A DNA stretch of 64,000 nt. Source: Mobula hypostoma. Its lineage: Eukaryota. This document shows positions 24,531 through 38,104 of the stretch, piece after piece; position 1 is the stretch's first letter; each line of letters begins with the position of its first letter. The position numbers and the translations under genes were made by a program. The stretch covers positions 31,186,001 through 31,250,000 of the forward strand of contig NC_086105.1 of NCBI RefSeq assembly GCF_963921235.1. The letters run 5' to 3'. The notes under the pieces are model-generated. The model ran no database searches. It was not told where the DNA came from and saw only the letters and a program-made list of their open reading frames with translations.

Positions 24531-26229
24531 GATGGTTGAGCAGAGGTTCTGGTCAAAAGCACAAAAAATTAGTATATAAAGCAATTCGGAAGGTAAGTAG
24601 TATGATGTCTTGAATGCAAAAGGCATACACTTCAAAGTGAAAGAAGTCTTGCTACAATTACAAGGGTTTGGTAAGACAAGACCTAAACTATCATGTTAAG
24701 TTCTGTATGTCATACCAAATGAGGAAACAAGTGTGGGAGAGCAACAAAAGTTTACCAACAAGTGGAAAATGATTCAGGAATAGACTATGGCTTTTGTTCT
24801 CTAGAGCAGGGGTTACCAAATTGAGGATTACGGCTTTTAAGAGTACCACAGAACAAATATGAATCTGGTGTGGATGAAGATTAGTTAATGGACAGTCAAC
24901 AAGGAGTAGGAATAAATAGGACATTTTATACCGGGGAGGCTGTGGTTAATGGAATGGTGCGGGGACTGGTGCTCAGGTCTGTGTCATTGGCTTGGCTGGG
25001 GGTATCAAGTATAACATATCTAGGTTTGCAGATGATAGAAAATCAAGTGGTAGTGTGGGTTGTGAAGAAAGGCTTCAGGGGACTACAGGCAGGTTGTTAA
25101 ATGGGGACAAATTGACAAATGGAATACAATGTGGTAACATGTAAAATCTCTGTGCCCTCTTCTCATTGCTACTATCAGAGATGCTGTTGAGTTCCTGTGC
25201 TTTGGAGTTTCCTTAAAGGCCATGATGTCAGAATTATTTCTACTCTACACCTGTAGAAGTATTTAATAATATGGCACATCTCTTTGGTCTTGAATATACT
25301 CTGTTACTTAGACTCTAACCCTCTTGGGATTCCAAAGCTTCCCATTTTATAGCGTGAAAAATGATTCACCTCCATCCTAAATGGCTGACCCTTATTTTGT
25401 GATAGTGACTCCTGGTTCTAGACATCCCAATAAAAGGAAATATCAAGTCCAGCTCTATCATGTCAAGCTTTTGTGTTTTAATTACATCATTACTAATTTT
25501 TTAAAGCCCTGTAAAAACATAATCTGTTTATATCTTCATTACTGAGAAATCACCATCCCAGAATAAATCTAGTGGACTTGCACTGTCCTCCTTCTGCTCT
25601 TTCTTTGGACAGAGACCCCTTAACTGTCTACAATATTCCAGGACTTTACCAGCTTGGTCTGCAGTGGTACTGTACTACTAAACTACATTTGACGATACAC
25701 AGCAAATACTCACACACTGAGAACGTTCTGTACCCTTACCACCTTCAATACTCCTTTCTGTGGTCTTCATCGCACTTTGCCACCATTTCTAGTGGGTTTG
25801 TTCTGTTGGTGTAACAGGGTGTAACCAGGAATTTTGTACAAAAATGGAATATTGACTAAAAGATAGAATTTTGTAAATATGACTAGATTAGATTGTTACT
25901 TGACCGGTGACTAGTTTGTCATGAGTTGTAAGTGTTTCAGAGGAGGATTTTCAGTATCAGCCACAGTGGGTACACATTTTTCTTACCCAGACCTGGTGTC
26001 TGATTTTTCTATTGTGTTTTGATTTTGTGGTTTCATACAAGTCCGTGTCTATAAGGCTGTTTCAGATAGTAATTAAGAACTAACCACATTACTGTACATC
26101 TGCTGACATATTTTGGCAATACCAGGTGAAACATTGGTGAGCCAGTCAGGTTTTTATAAAAATCTAGTAATTTTACCATTACTGATTACTAACATCTTAG
26201 GCAAGATTGTTTATTCAGTAACTAAATAT

Positions 26230-26915
26230 CAACTCAACATAAGTACGACCAGAGATTTGATTGTGAACTTCAGAAAGGGTAAGATGAGAGAACACACACC
26301 GATCCTCATCAAGATTTCAATTTCAAGTTCCTGGATGTCAACATCTCTGAGGATCTATCCTGGACCTAATATATCAATGCAGTTACAAAGAAGGTACAAC
26401 AGTGGTTATACTTGATTAGGAGTTTCAGGAGATTTGGTATGTCGCCAAAAAGACTTGCAAATTTCTACAGATGTACTGTGATGGCCATTCTAACCGGCTG
26501 TATCAATATCTGGTATGGCGGCATGGCGGGGGGGGGGCGGGGGAGAAGGGAAAAGGGAGGAAGCACTGCACAGGATTAAACTAGGCGGCAGAAAGCTGTA
26601 AACTCAATCAGCTCCATCATGGGTACTACCCTCCCCAGCATTCAGCACATTTTCAAGGAGTGATACCTCAAAAAGGCACCTTTAAGGACCCCCAATGATT
26701 CAGGAATAGCTTCTTCCCCTCTGCCATATTTCTGAACGGACACTGAACCCATGAACACTGCCTCACTACTTTTCTTATTCCTCTCTTTTTGTACTGCTTA
26801 TTTAATTTAATATATATATAGTAATTTAGTTTTTATTATGTATTGCAATGTACTACTGCCGCATAACAAATTTCACAACATATGCCAGTGATATTAAACC
26901 TGATTGTGATTCTGA
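26230..26915 (+). mobile_element. Decayed Rex1/Babar-type 3' fragment
   Basis: Remnants of L.VNFRK and T..NFYRC.V..IL.GC, plus the tail aatttcacaacatatgccagtgatattaaacctgatt. Confidence 0.6.
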
Positions 26916-27333
26916 AATCCACAACTGCCAACAATCAGCTGATGGTCCATATAGGTTTGAACAACAATGCTGCAAAATAAATGAATGCATGGCAGACCAA
27001 TAACTCCCTTAGATAATAAAAGCTTTAACAAAATAGAAACATCCCAAGTAACTCAGTAGACCAATTACAAACATTGGCATCAAGATAGATAAGATATTAA
27101 GACAGATTATTTTAAGGAACGTCCTAGGCAAGAAGGAAATTCCGAAGTTTAGACCCTTCAAACTTCAACGGAGCAATTAGAAATGTGCAATATGCCACAA
27201 CTGTAGGGTTGATTTCAAATTGGAAATTACATACATATAGAGAGAGTAGGACAATGGAAAGACCAGAAAGCAGGGATGAGAACTGTAAAATTAAAGTATC
27301 TTAATACTGTAAACTAGTAATTAAAGGCATTAA

Positions 27334-29124
27334 AAACAAAAACAACAGGAATTCTGCAGATGCTGGAAATTCAAGCAACACACATCAAAGTTGCTGGTGA
27401 ACGCAGCAGGCCAGGCAGCATCTGTAGGAAGAGGCGCAGTCGACGTTTCAGGCCGAGACCCTTCGTCAGGACTAACTGAAGGAAGAGTGAGTAAGGGATT
27501 TGAAAGTAGGAGGGGGAGGGGGAGATCCAAAATGATAGGAGAAGACAGGAGGGGGAGGGATAGAGCCAAGAGCTGGACAGATGATAGGCAAAAGGGGATA
27601 CGAGACGATCATGGGACAGGAGGTCCGGGAAGAAAGACAAGGGGGGGGGGGCCCAGAGGATGGGCAAGAGGTATATTCAGAGGGACAGAGGGAGAAAAAG
27701 GAGAGTGAGAGGAAGAATGTGTGCATAAAGATAAGTAACAGATGGGGTACGAGAGGGAGGTGGGGCCTTAGCGGAAGTTAGAGAAGTCGATGTTCATGCC
27801 ATCAGGTTGGAGGCTACCCATACGGAATATAAGGTGTTGTTCCTCCAACCTGAGTGTGGCTTCATCTTTACAGTAGAGGAGGCCATGGATAGACATGTCA
27901 GAATGGGAATGGGATGTGGAATTAAAATGTGTGGCCACTGGGAGATCCTGCTTTCTCTGGCGGACAGAGCGTAGATGTTCAGCAAAGCGGTCTCCCAGTC
28001 TGCGTCGGGTCTCACCAATATATAAAAGGCCACATCGGGAGCACCGGATGCAGTATATCACCCCAGTCGACTCACAGGTGAAGTGATGCCTCACCTGGAA
28101 GGACTGTTTGGGGCCCTGAATGGTGGTAAGGGAGGAAGTGTAAGGGCATGTGTAGCACTTGTTCCGCTTACACGGATAAGTGCCAGGAGGGAGATCAGTG
28201 GGGAGGGATGGGGGGGACGAATGGACAAGGGAGTTGTGTAGGGAGCGATCCCTGAATGCAGAGCAGGGGGGAGGGAAAGATGTGCTTAGTGGTGGGATCC
28301 CGTTGGAGGTGGCGGAAGTTACGGAGAATAATATGTTGAACCCTAAGGCTGGTGGGGTGGTAGGTGAGGACCAGGGGAACCCTATTCCTAGTGGGGTGGC
28401 GGGAGGATGGAGTGAGAGCAGATGTACGTGAAATGGGGGAGATGCGTTTAAGAGCAGAGTTGATAGTGGAGGAAGGGAAGCCCCTTTCTTTAAAAAAGGA
28501 AGACATCTCCCTCGTCCTAGAATGAAAAGCCTCATCCTGAGAGCAGATGCGGCGGAGACGGAGGAATTGCGAGAAGGGGATGGCGTTTTTGCAAGAGACA
28601 GGGTGAGAAGAGGAATAGTCCAGATAGCTGTGAGAGTCAGTAGGCTTATAGTAGACATCAGTGGATAAGCTGTCTCCAGAGACAGAGACAGAAAGATCTA
28701 GAAAGGGGAGGGAGGTGTCGGAAATGGACCAGGTAAACTTGAGGGCAGGGTGAAAGTTGGAGGCAAAGTTAATAAAGTCAACGAGTTCTGCATGCGTGCA
28801 GGAAGCAGCGCCAATGCAGTCGTCGATGTAGTGAAGGAAAAGTGGGGGACAGATACCAGAATAGGCACGGAACATAGATTGTTCCACAAACCCAACAAAA
28901 AGGCAGGCATAGCTAGGACCCATACGGGTGCCCATACCTACACCTTTAGTTTGGAGGAAGTGGGAGGAGCCAAAGGAGAAATTATTAAGAGTAAGGACTA
29001 ATTCTGCTGGACGGAGCAGAGTGGTGGTAGAGGGGAACTGATTAGGTCTGGAATCCAAAAAGAAGCGTAGAGCTTTGAGACCTTCCTGGTGGGGGATGGA
29101 AGTATATAAGGACTGGACATTCAC
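27334..29124 (-). mobile_element. Penelope-like element, 5'-truncated (RT plus GIY-YIG, one frameshift)
   Basis: V.SLYTSIP, GVGMGTRMGPSYA.LF, YIDD, PFLD, YYKPT, then GIY-YIG. 14-bp TSD attaaaggcattaa at 27320-27333 and 29125-29138. Confidence 0.95.
27438..27473 (-). ncRNA. Minimal hammerhead ribozyme motif (second intact copy)
   Basis: Minus strand AGTC-CTGACGA-A-GGGT(CTCG)GCCT-GAAA-C-GTC/GACT. Confidence 0.75.
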
Positions 29125-30183
29125 ATTAAAGGCATTAATTTCCTTGTGCTTGTTTTTACCCTAAAAGTTTCTTTATGATTTCACAAGATATCAGAGCTTT
29201 ATGATCACTGTGACATCAGCTGTAATTCTGTCACCACATATGGAAAGTTATTTTATTGGTTCATAATCTTAAATAATCCAGGTTATGACATGACAATAAC
29301 GTGAACAAGGTTTAAATACTTTTCCAATTCAAATGCTATTACAACAAGCAAGTGGCCAAGCAAAAATGTTATTTAAGGAGAAGCATCATTGTTCTTTACT
29401 GAATGCAATTAAAAAGATCAACTCTGGATAAATTTGAAAAACCACTAGGCAGGAACTATTAAACAAAAATAACGATGAGAATGCTAACAGAGTAAAAAAT
29501 TGTATCTTGATTTCTGCAGCTGTTTATGCTTTAACAGTATAAAACTTAGTAGGTAGTTCCGTTTCCTTAACTCTACAATTTGATTGACCAAATTACAATC
29601 ATTAAAAAAAGGTCAAATTTGCAATGCCCCTGCTTTGAACGGCAGCTGAGCTACAAGAGAGCCATTAATTATACACTTTTGAAAGACTACTATGTATATA
29701 TAAAACACACGTGTAAAGTGTTTCTATGATAGGGTACTTTTGTAAAGATCGATTACATTTTGCATGCACAGATTTTTTTTCACAATGAGCCGAATGAATG
29801 GATTTAAGTGACAATACAGCTAAGTCTTCGTTTTGGAAAACTAATGGAAAGCACAACGATAAACGGAAAGAGGAAATGATCCCATCTGCACCCATACCCA
29901 TTACAAATGGCACTTATCCATCAAAAATAATTTCGCCCTAAAAGCCGCATCGCTTCAGTAAGTGTATTTGCTGCAATCAGAAATATTGCACGCACAATAA
30001 AGTCCACATCTTCCTAGGAACTCAACTATTATTTTTCGCCCAAAGTGCCGCGACCCCACACAGGATGAAATATTTGGCAAGTCCGACCCCAGTGCCAACC
30101 CACCAGAAGTGAGAGCCTGGAATACACTGCTGAACAATGCACCTCCTCTCTCTACACAGTTCCCCCAGCCCTTCTCATCCTAC

Positions 30184-30203
30184 CTCACACTGTAATAGGA
30201 CAT
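30184..30203 (-). CDS. TULP3: Probable first coding exon of TULP3 (MSYYSV-AG)
   Basis: ATG TCC TAT TAC AGT GTG AG|gtagga inside a CpG island. The phase-2 end joins exon 2112-2163 in frame, implying an intron of about 28 kb. Confidence 0.6.
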
Positions 30204-30620
30204 CTTTCGGCGCCGTTGCTATGGTGTTGGCGGCAGCTCCGGTCTCCCGCTCCCGACTCCGTCACTCAACGCCAACTCACTCCGGGACTCAGCTCCGGCC
30301 GTAGCAACGCACCGTCTAACAAACACCATTCCCATTGGCCCCCTCCGTCTACCCACCCAACACGTCATCTCTTTCCATTACTGTTGGTTCATGCCGTTTT
30401 CCTGTGGAAGTGGAGTTTTCAAGCAATCTCTTGGTAACGTAACCAAAAGTTACCACGCAGGTCCTGAAATCACTAGCGCCTCAGCGCTGTCTGACAATCT
30501 GCCACGAGTATCCTGATCGTTTTGTTCCCCGCCCACGCCCACGCTGCGGTTGGGAGTATTCGGCCACTGGGCTGTTACGTGCAGACAGTCTGTCAGCCTT
30601 CTGGCCGAGTGTCTGGCAAT
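30204..30620 (-). promoter_or_regulatory. CpG-rich promoter/5'UTR of TULP3 with RFX X-box-like, CCAAT, GC-box and ETS-like motifs
   Basis: Local CpG enrichment in an AT-rich background. GTTGCTATGG at 30215-30224, CCGTAGCAAC at 30299-30308, CTTGGTAAC near 30430, ATTGG near 30334, CCGCCC near 30529, GGAAGT near 30406. Confidence 0.6.
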
Positions 30621-31134
30621 CGGGTAGATGCAGGTCTATTTGGTAAACTAGACGAGCGTCATCTATAGAAAAGGTGTCGACTGATTTCACCCCTTACTGG
30701 TGTAATACTAAAATAATGCTCGATTGTTTGCACTTTCTCGCCATTGAAAGAACTGAATTGGAATCTCTAACCGCTTTTTGAGAAGTTAGACCACCCTCAC
30801 TCTCAGTCTTATATACCCTGCCAATAGAAATGAGACGGGAAGATTAGAGAGTAACTTATTTTAAACTCATAGAGCATGGAAACAAATCCTCTACCCCACT
30901 GTGTTCGGCCAAAATATCAAATACCAAGCTATACTAATCACATTTTCGAGCGCCTTCCACGTCATGACATTTCAAATGGTCATGTAAATATTTCTTAAAA
31001 GTTGTGAGAGTGCTTCGCTCCTCCAGTCCCTCAGACAATGTGTTCTAAATTTCGATCGTCCTCCGGGTGAAAAAAAGGTTTTCTCAAATCTCCTCTAAAC
31101 CTCCCCTCCTTTATAATGCCTCCCACCCCCTCCC

Positions 31135-34100
31135 TTTAAGGTAAATTTCTTATCAAAGTACATATATATCGCCATACAACCCTGAGATTTAATTTTCTTG
31201 TGGGCATGCACAATAAATCCATATTAGAATCAACGAAGACTGCACCCACTTGGGTGTTCAACCAGTGTCCAAAAAAACCCAACAAAATGGGCAAATACAA
31301 AAATAATGAAATAATAATTGAATATGCAGTAAGTATTGAGAACAAAAGATGAAGAGTCCTTAAAATTGAGTCCATAGGCTATGGAAACATCTCAATGATG
31401 GATGAAGTGAAGTTATCCCCTTTGGTTCAAGAGCCTGATGGTTGAGGGGTAATAATTGTTTTTGAACCTGGTGGTGTGAGTACTGAGGCTCCTGCACAGC
31501 CTTCCTGATGGCATCAGTGAGATATTGTACCAATAACATAAGAAAGAGCAGAGGTGAGGTCCAGCAAAATGATTTTCAAATGGTAAGTGGAATCTCAGGG
31601 TTATTGTCCCACAGGCCAGTGAGGTGAGAAATAGATATGTTGTGCAGTTTACTATGTGATGGTGCAGGAAGGAGGGCGTCGGATTTATGGATCCCTGTGC
31701 TCTCTTCCAGGGCAGGTGGCATACGTACAAACAAGATGGTTTGCATCTGAACTGGAGGGAAACCAATATCCTTAAAGTGAGTTTTGCTAGTGCTATTCAG
31801 GAAGGTTTAAACTAGAGTGGCAAGAGGAATGGGAATCAGCAGCAGCAAGGCAATAGATGTAGGACTTGAGGGCAAGAAAGATGGTGTGACAAGTAAGAAG
31901 GAAAGCAGGGACAGCAAGAGGAATAAACATGACTAAAATGTATTTATTTCAATGGTAGGGGCATTATGGATAGGGAGGACCTCTATGCATTCATCCTGAT
32001 GGAAATGTGGCTCCAGGATACCACCCCTGAAGTGGCCATTCAGCTAGCGGGTTTTATCTTTTATTAGGTGGCCAGAAGTCCCATGTCCTCTGGTAAGACT
32101 GTGTATCTATGTTAATAAGAACTGGAGTGTGAACATTTCCGTAGTTGTGGTAATAGTACTTTATGTACAGTATTGTCTATGAGTTGTATATACTGTGTTG
32201 TGCACCTTAGTCTGGAGGAACATAGTTTTGTTTGAGAGTGTACATGTATATGGTCGAAATTATGATAAACTTAAATTTGAGAACCAACTTAAACCTTGGA
32301 TCAGTACATGGAATTATGATGATGTTGCCATTATGGGGACCTGGATGTGTGAGGGGCAAGATTAATTGCTGAACATTCCTGGGTTTTGTTGTTTTAGAGT
32401 TGAAAGGGAGGGTAATAGAGGTGGAGGTATTGCACTATTGATAAGGAAGAATGGCACAGCAATATTCAGAGAGTTCAGAGTTAATTTTAGTGGAGGTCAG
32501 AAATAGGATAGGTGGAATTAGCCTGATATGAATATAATAGCAGCCTCCCAATCACCACCAAGATTTGGGAGTACTGATGTGCAGCATCCTACATCAAAGA
32601 TCCTCACCACCCAAGCCATGCTCATTTCACTGCTGCCATCAGGTAGAAGGTACAAGTGCCTCAGAACTTGCACCACCAGGTTCAAGAACAGTTACTACCC
32701 CTCAACCATCAGGCTCTTGAACAAACAGGGATAACTACACTCATTCTATCTCTGGTGTTCCCACAACCGTTGGTCTCATTTTAAAGACTCTTCATCGTGT
32801 TAATTCATACTCATTATTTAATGCTAATTATATTTGTATTTCCACAATTTGTTGTTCATTGATTCTGTTTACAGTTGTGTTCTATAGATTTGCCAAGTAC
32901 ACCCACAGGAAAAGAATCTCGGGGTTGTATGTGGTGACATGTATGTACTCGGATAATAAATTTTACTTTGAACTTTAAGGTTTTGAATTTTATGGAAACT
33001 GTAGAAACCACAGGGTTGTCATAGTGGGGGGGATTTTAACTTCACGGGTATTGATTGGAACTTCCTCAATGAAAGATGCGTTGTTGGGGCAGGATTTCTT
33101 CATGCACCAAGAGAGGTTCTTGAAACAGTATGTGGAGAGTCCAGCTAGAGAAAAGAACATACTGAATCTAGTTTTGGTAAGTGAGCCAGGATAGGTAACG
33201 GACCTGATAATGTGTGAACATTTTGGAAATAGTAACCACAATTCATTATGTTTTAAGATAGGTATGAGAAAGGATAAAATTGAATATTATGGAAAGGTAC
33301 CAGTATATATCTGCTGTCAGACAAGTCCTCATATGTTTAAAGACCAGCTGAACGGAGTTCAAGATTGGCACATTCCAGTAAGGAGTAAGGACAAAGACGG
33401 TAAAGGAAGGGAACCTTGGATGACCTGGGGTCCTAAATTTAGTCAGGAAAGAAAAGGAAGCATAATTTATGCTCAGGCCTGCTTTGTGTGAATTAGGACT
33501 GTGTTCCCTGGAACATAGGAGATTGAGGGGTGACCATGGACCAATACCATTAAGCAAGGGGTTTGTGGACCCAGTTTGGGAACCCCTTTGATAGAGAGAT
33601 CATGAGGAACATTGAACATTGTATTAAAACAAGGGGGATATAGGTTTAACATGAGAGTGTATTTAGAATGAATCTAGAACAAAATACCTTCATAATGGTA
33701 TTTTGTTCCAGGATTTCAGCACCTTCCTCACTGACTTCTCCAACAATCATCTTCTTCACACTGAATATAGGATGAATATTCATTTAAGATCTCAGAATCA
33801 GCTTTAATATCACTGGCATCTATCGTGAAATTTGTTGTTTTGTGGCAGCAGTACATTGCTATACATAATAATAAAAAAGTATAACTTACAATAAGAAATA
33901 TATATATATATAAAATAGTGTACTTGGGTTAATTGTCCATTCAGAAACCACAACTACTTCCACAAGCTTCATGCACAATTTCTACTAATAGATCCTACAC
34001 TTTACCTGGTTATCTCTTGCCCTTAATATATTTATAAAACACTTAAGGATTTTCCTACCAGTTGCCCACAGTGTTATTTCCTGCCCCCCTCCCCCCATCT

Positions 34101-36020
34101 TCACAAATGTTGTCTGTTTTCCATCATTTTCTGTGGTATCTTGGGATAAAAATCAAAGTGAGGGCAAAAAAAGGATATGAGAAGGATCTGGCTATCAAGT
34201 TGAACAAAATCCCAATAGATTCTATATGCATATGAGTAAATGAGCGGCAAGAAAAAGAATATGGGCCTCTTTAAAGATCAATATGGCCATCTTTGTGTGA
34301 AACCAAAGGAAATGGGAGTGATTTTTAATTCAATTCAATTCAAGTTTAATTGTCATTCAACCATACATGAATACTCATAAATACAGCCCAATGAAACAAC
34401 GTTACTTGGGTTCAAGGTGCAAAACAGTCATATATAGCACAAAGCACACACAAGATAGCAAGCACAAATGGTATCATAATCATGTAATAAGAGTTCAAAA
34501 CTCGTGTTATCAATCCAATGTCGACCACAATAGAGCCCGTCTCCCACTGAGTGAGCGCTGGGGGGGGGGGCAGCATCAACTCCAGCCTGATGGCCGCACC
34601 ACACACCAACCATGGTGGAGTGCACCCACCTCCACCACCCCCACCCCCCAGCCCTTGGTGACACCGCAGCTTGGGGCCCAGTCCTCGCATGTACAAGATA
34701 ACAAGCACATACAGAATATCAGTACAATACAATACAAGCAGGCAAAATGTAGATGTGCATCATCCAGATCCTTCAGTCTATTGAAATTTTCAATTGACCA
34801 CGATAGAACTTGTCTTCTGCCGAGTGAACACTGTGAGGCTGGGGGTAGCACCGACTCCAGTTCAGGTGCCAGATGCTGCACCATGCCGCCCCCAGTGGAG
34901 CACACCAGTTCGGACGCCTCTCTCCCGGTGGCTGTAAAACAGGTGACCCCACGGCCTGAGGCCTCGAGTCCATTGAGTGCTGCCAAAATCTGCAGTTGAC
35001 TACAACAAAGCTTAATGAATATACCTCTTCAGCTTTAACCGTATTGAAAACGATAAGAGCTCAGAAAATGAAGGAAATAAGTAAAAATGCCTTGAACCAC
35101 ATATGAATTAGCAGGGAGGAGATATTTGAGGTCTAAAGTGTATTAAAGAGTTAAGTCCCCAAGGAGAGGTTAGTAAGTTTGAGACTTTATTCCTTGGAGC
35201 ATAGGAGACCGAGAATAAATCTTAGAGACATGTATAAAATCATGATGGGCATAGGTAGGTTGAATGCGCTCAGTTTTTTCATCAGGATTGGGGAATCAAG
35301 AACTAATGGGCATATTTTTAAGGTGAGGGCAGAAAGATATAATAGGTACTTGAGGTATTGCATTTTGGAAGATCATACCAGGATAGGACTTATACACTGA
35401 ATTTTAGGGCTTAAGGTGCAATTAGTTTGCTGAAAAAGGCGTCTCGGATGTAGTGGAGAAGTCGTCATTTGGCACATCGGTCGGTGGATTGAATACAGGA
35501 GTTGGAATATTACATTGTAGCATCGGTGAGGCCTCTCTTACAGTATTGTGAACAGTTTTGGTCACCCTGTTATAGGAGAGATGCTGTAAACTACAAAGAG
35601 TGCAGGAAATATTTATCAGAAAGTTCCCTGGAATTGGGGGCCTGAATTACAAAGAGAAATTGTGTGGATTAGGATTTTATTCCCTGGAACATAGGTGATT
35701 GAGGGGTGACTTAATAGAGAGATAATGAGAGACATAAATATGGTGAAAGCACATTGTTTTTAACACCTCTTCCTTTCCCACGGAAGAGGTATTAAAAATA
35801 AAGGGGGCTGCATAAATTTAAGATCAGTGGTGTGTATTTGGAATGAAAGTTGAGGCAGCTGTATTAGCAACATTTAAAAACAATCTATATAAAGTACATG
35901 GATAGAAGAGGTTTAGAGAGCCATTGGACAAATGCAGCAGACGGTACCAGCTCATTGGGCTACACAGTTGATATGGACAAGTTAGGACAAAAGGCCTGCT
36001 TCCAAGCAATAAGACTATGA
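31135..36020. mobile_element. Mosaic of old CR1 fragments, Rex1/Babar 3' tails and a hAT MITE piece
   Basis: LPSGRR..T.T.RFKNSYYPSTIRLLN tails (31413-31520 minus, 32600-32975 plus), CR1 endonuclease/RT remnants (GDFN, LYSLE.RR, RG..FKV), and a MITE end gggaacccct near 33587. Confidence 0.65.
34326..35000 (-). mobile_element. Non-coding element with GC-rich head and Rex1/Babar-like tail
   Basis: Tail gcaccttgaacccaagtaacgttgtttc...tatggttgaatgacaattaaac(ttgaa)n resembles the Rex1 tail at 47440-47535. Confidence 0.55.
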
Positions 36021-38104
36021 CTCACATCACTCCTCATAATTTAGACCTGGTATAAGTGAAATGAACTTGTGCTATACCACTCCTTGTTCAGGATTATCCT
36101 GGTCATTTGTGATAGCCCCTCCACCTCGAGCTGAGTTGCATTCCCTAAAATAGAACTCCATTCTCCAGATGTAAACTGATTTATGTAACTGCCTTTATTG
36201 TAGTTGACTGTGGTGAATTGGCTATTTGTCATGAATCACATCTGTTGTCTATAAAGTTGTTTTTCCATTTTCTGCAGAATGTGGCTTAAGTGAAAACAGT
36301 TCATCTTTTTAAAAAGTACAAAATACTGTTTTATGGCAAGAGACATTAACATTGAGTTTCTATAGCTAATATATGTAAACCTTACTGGGACCATGTATTT
36401 AAAACCATATGTGATTTAGGCTGCATACTGGAGAAATAGGTGGAAGTGGGGAGGATACAGTACAAGTTCACTTAAACTGTCTGAAATGAGCATGTACAAA
36501 TATGACAACATAGTTGAAAGAATCTGGTTTTATTACCACAAAAATGCTAAAAGAGTTTAAAGACCATAAAGATGGGAGAGAGTAGCAGAAACAAATTTGT
36601 GATAGTCCGGGAACAATTATGCAAGATGAAGTGCAAAAGATTAAAAACAGGATTGAAAAAAGTAATTTTATAGAACTTCACAAGTTGCTAGACCATGAAC
36701 TGCATGACTTTGGAGAGCAGCAGAGGTAAATGATGGGAACAGATGAAAACAGATGTCATTTAGGTTATTTTTCAGGTGAGGTACAAAATCAATAAAGACT
36801 ATGTTGTTATGTTGAAATGTGTACCTTCAAGTAGTAATATCTGTTAATAGTCCACCCATTCAATAATGGTTACAATGAGTAATGTGCTGCAGCAAAATAT
36901 ACTGATGCACATTCTATGAAATTTTTACTTTTTCATTATTTTCTTCATATTCATAAGCTGTCAATTATATGCTATGCTGGGGCACCAAATGGAAGCAAAT
37001 CAATTGTCACGTTAGTAGTCTAGTCTGGTCCCACTCACTTCCCAGCTTACAGAGTCACAGCAACAAATTGTTTTAGCTCTCTAACACTGACAACCGAAGA
37101 TCAAGTCACAGTCTGTTTATCAATGAAATCAATAAACAGGAGAGGGATCAGCCTTTGCTCAGTGGCACAACACATTATATCAGCAGTTGACTGAGCCACA
37201 CATGCAAAATCCATTCATCACTTTACTCAGGGAGCTACAGCATGGATTGGCACTAATAATCCAGAGTTATGTGTGCATATTTCCACTTATCACTTTCCAA
37301 CCTCTGCCTCTACTTCCCCACTCTTCTCACCAGGCTCCATCTGCCATTTTTTCTCCCCTCATAATAAGCCTGATGTGGGCAGTTCATGTGATGTATATCT
37401 ACTTGGATCTTACCAACCACAAAAAGCAAAGGAACATGGCATCCAAGGCAGGCCAGAAAATTGGCTCAGTCAAGGAACCAAAATATAATGGTTACTAGGC
37501 TGTTAGCTGTACGATTCCATAAGGCTTAACACAATATTTGGCCATAAGGGAAAAGCTAGTGGATATAGAGAGTCTTTGTCAGTTGGGCAAAACATGTCAA
37601 ATGGAATTTAATGCAGTGCTGCACAATGCAAGCAACATATAGTACTCAAGATAAGATTTGGAGTGTCATTAAGGAACAGAAGTTCTTTGTATTGTCTGTC
37701 CACATATCCTTTAAAAAAAATAGGACAGGACAGCTAGTTGCTTAAAAAGAAACATATGGGATGCTTTCTCTATTACCTAAGGCATGACTTTTTTTTAAAA
37801 AAGAGAGGGAGATTTACAATGCTGCCAGCACTAAGAACTATTAGCTGAGGGAAGATTAGATGGTCTGAGTTTTCTTTAAATAACAAATGAGGCAGAGAAA
37901 TACTTAACTTTAAGATATTGTATTGTTACCTGTCCCGTGAGTATACTCGTGAATATGATGGAATTGTCTCGTGCCATTGGAATGATGTAATGGTCTCATG
38001 CCATTGGAGTGATGTAATTGTCTTGTGATAGTGGGGTGATGTGATGTCACGTGATGGAATGTTCTAACTGGTATATAAAGGGAGACTGCAGTTGTTGCGT
38101 CATT

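Noticed and set aside
24382-24579. ZBED5/SCAND3-like host gene
   Set aside because: Short, frameshifted transposase fragment with no exon structure.
37960-38060. CRISPR-like short repeats (tgccattgga.tgatgtaat)
   Set aside because: Two or three degenerate tandem units without unique spacers inside an LTR-like repeat in eukaryotic DNA.
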